Shown here in pieces: positions 62,829-64,000 of a stretch of DNA of 64,000 nucleotides (position 1 is the stretch's first letter; each line of letters begins with the position of its first letter). The notes below the pieces were generated by a model, which worked only from the letters and a program-made list of their open reading frames with translations, did no database searches and had not been told where the DNA came from. Position numbers and translations under genes: made by a program. Source of the DNA: an uncultured Nostocoides sp. Lineage in GTDB: Bacteria; Actinomycetota; Actinomycetes; Actinomycetales; Dermatophilaceae. The DNA lies in contig CALMQX010000036.1 in NCBI GenBank assembly GCA_937873315.1, positions 89,457 to 153,456 on the forward strand, given 5' to 3'.

Positions 62829-64000
62829 ATGACCACCGCCGCCTATGCCGTCGTCGACCCCGCCACCGGAGCCGTCGTCAAGGAGTATGCAGTCGCGACG
62901 GACACCGACATCGACGCCGCCTTGGCCACCGCGCATGAGGCTTATCGCGAGTGGTCGACGACCGGCCTCGCCGACCGCGCAGCCGTCGTCGCGCGGATCG
63001 GAGAGCTACACGCCGAGCGGGCCGGCGCCCTCGGCGCCATCATCAGCCGCGAGATGGGCAAGCCGCTCGACCAGGCCGTCGGGGAGGTCGAGTTCAGCGC
63101 CGAGATCTACGCCTACTACGCCAGGAACGCGGCGACCTTCCTCGCCGACCAACCGATCACCCTGGCCGCCGGCGAGGGTGAAGCCCTCATCCGTCGGCAA
63201 CCGATCGGCGCTCTCCTCGGCGTGATGCCGTGGAACTACCCGGCCTACCAGGTGGCCCGGTTCGCCGCCCCCAACCTCGTGCTCGGCAACACCATCGTCC
63301 TCAAGCACGCGGCCCAGTGCCCCGAGTCGTCCGCCGCGATCGAGCAGATCCTGCTCGACGCCGGGCTACCCCCAGGCGGCTACACCAACGTGTATGCCAC
63401 CAAGGCCCAGGTCGCGCGGGCCATCGCCGACCCGCGAATCGTCGGGGTCTCCTTCACCGGCTCGGAGAGCGCGGGAGCGGTCATCGCCGAGACAGCCGGA
63501 CGCAACCTCAAGAAGGTCGTCCTCGAACTCGGCGGCTCCGACCCGTTCATCGTGTTCTCGACCGACGATCTCGAGGCCACCATCGAGGCGGCCCTCGACG
63601 CCCGCTTCGAGAACACCGGCCAGGCCTGCAACGGGGCCAAGCGGTTCATCGTCGCCGACCACCTCTACGACGAGTTCGTCGAACGGTTCACGCGCAAGGC
63701 GCTCGCGCGCGGCACCGGCCTGTCGCCGCTGTCGTCCACCGCCGCCGCGACCCACCTCCAGGGTCAACTGGACCGAGCCGTCGCCGAAGGTGCCACCCTG
63801 GCCCGCGCGGGCCGGACCGACGGCGCGTACTTCCCGCCGGCCGTCTTGACCGACGTCGAGCCGTCCTCACCCAGCGCGGCGGAGGAGCACTTCGGGCCGG
63901 TTGCGACCATCTATCGCTTCCACTCCGAAGCCGAGGCGATCGAACTCGCCAACAGCACGGCATACGGGCTGGGCTCGTATGTCTTCACGACCGACCCCGA
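62829..64000 (+). CDS. NAD(P)-dependent aldehyde dehydrogenase (succinate-semialdehyde-DH-like), 3' end beyond window
   Basis: ATG 62829, 3 nt after the MFS stop. VMPWNYP, FTGSESAG, catalytic VLELGGSDP and ENTGQACNGAKR, EEHFGPV. It is open to the window edge, so it is absent from the ORF track. Confidence 0.85.
   Translation, partial: MTTAAYAVVDPATGAVVKEYAVATDTDIDAALATAHEAYREWSTTGLADRAAVVARIGELHAERAGALGAIISREMGKPLDQAVGEVEFSAEIYAYYARNAATFLADQPITLAAGEGEALIRRQPIGALLGVMPWNYPAYQVARFAAPNLVLGNTIVLKHAAQCPESSAAIEQILLDAGLPPGGYTNVYATKAQVARAIADPRIVGVSFTGSESAGAVIAETAGRNLKKVVLELGGSDPFIVFSTDDLEATIEAALDARFENTGQACNGAKRFIVADHLYDEFVERFTRKALARGTGLSPLSSTAAATHLQGQLDRAVAEGATLARAGRTDGAYFPPAVLTDVEPSSPSAAEEHFGPVATIYRFHSEAEAIELANSTAYGLGSYVFTTDP

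Noticed and set aside
60030-62936. 402-aa and 512-aa minus-strand ORFs opposite the PucR and MFS genes
   Set aside because: They are antisense shadows, Arg/Gly/Asp-rich with no motifs. The plus-strand PucR HTH and the MFS helices are clear.
1-64000. Scan for tRNA, rRNA, riboswitch-like leaders, transposases and integrases
   Set aside because: By eye I saw no T-loop-type GGTTCGAAT-like boxes with matching acceptor stems. I saw no rRNA-like segments, and no DDE-transposase or tyrosine/serine-recombinase-like ORF in the six-frame track. A tRNAscan/Infernal run would be needed to be certain.

Overview
High-GC (about 68-70 % from hand counts of single lines) actinobacterial chromosomal segment, densely coding on both strands. 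I support about 65 protein-coding genes or gene relics. I recognised no rRNA, tRNA, CRISPR array, transposase or integrase. Most of the window is ordinary accessory metabolism and regulation: many TetR/MarR/ArsR/XRE regulators paired with oxidoreductases, hydrolases and transporters; a modABC operon; an aromatic ring-cleavage operon; a HisKA_3/LuxR two-component operon; and a BVMO/hydrolase/amine-oxidase/PucR/MFS/ALDH catabolic cluster. Four things stand out. (1) At 27.6-32.3 kb there is a cytoplasmic metzincin-type metalloprotease (821 aa) with an 8-Cys cluster. It is translationally coupled to a 102-aa stand-alone paralogue of its own N-terminal 'DHHLG' domain. It is divergently paired with a lower-GC 539-aa orphan carrying a PD-(D/E)xK-like nuclease motif. 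I cannot assign this triad to any described system. (2) At 46.4-55.8 kb there are seven same-orientation copies of an unrecognised structured repeat (54-nt ungapped core, hairpin with compensatory changes). They sit exactly at the borders of five small self-contained gene modules. (3) Urease structural genes (fused gamma-beta plus alpha) have no accessory genes anywhere in the window and are operonic with an agmatine-deiminase-family enzyme and an NCS1 permease. (4) The window carries an unusual load of gene relics: truncated adhesin, dehydratase, VapC, DinB-like, GAP-family, dienelactone-hydrolase and quinone-oxidoreductase fragments, plus two decayed RCC1-repeat paralogues. All functional calls come from motif recognition by eye. 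No database search was run.
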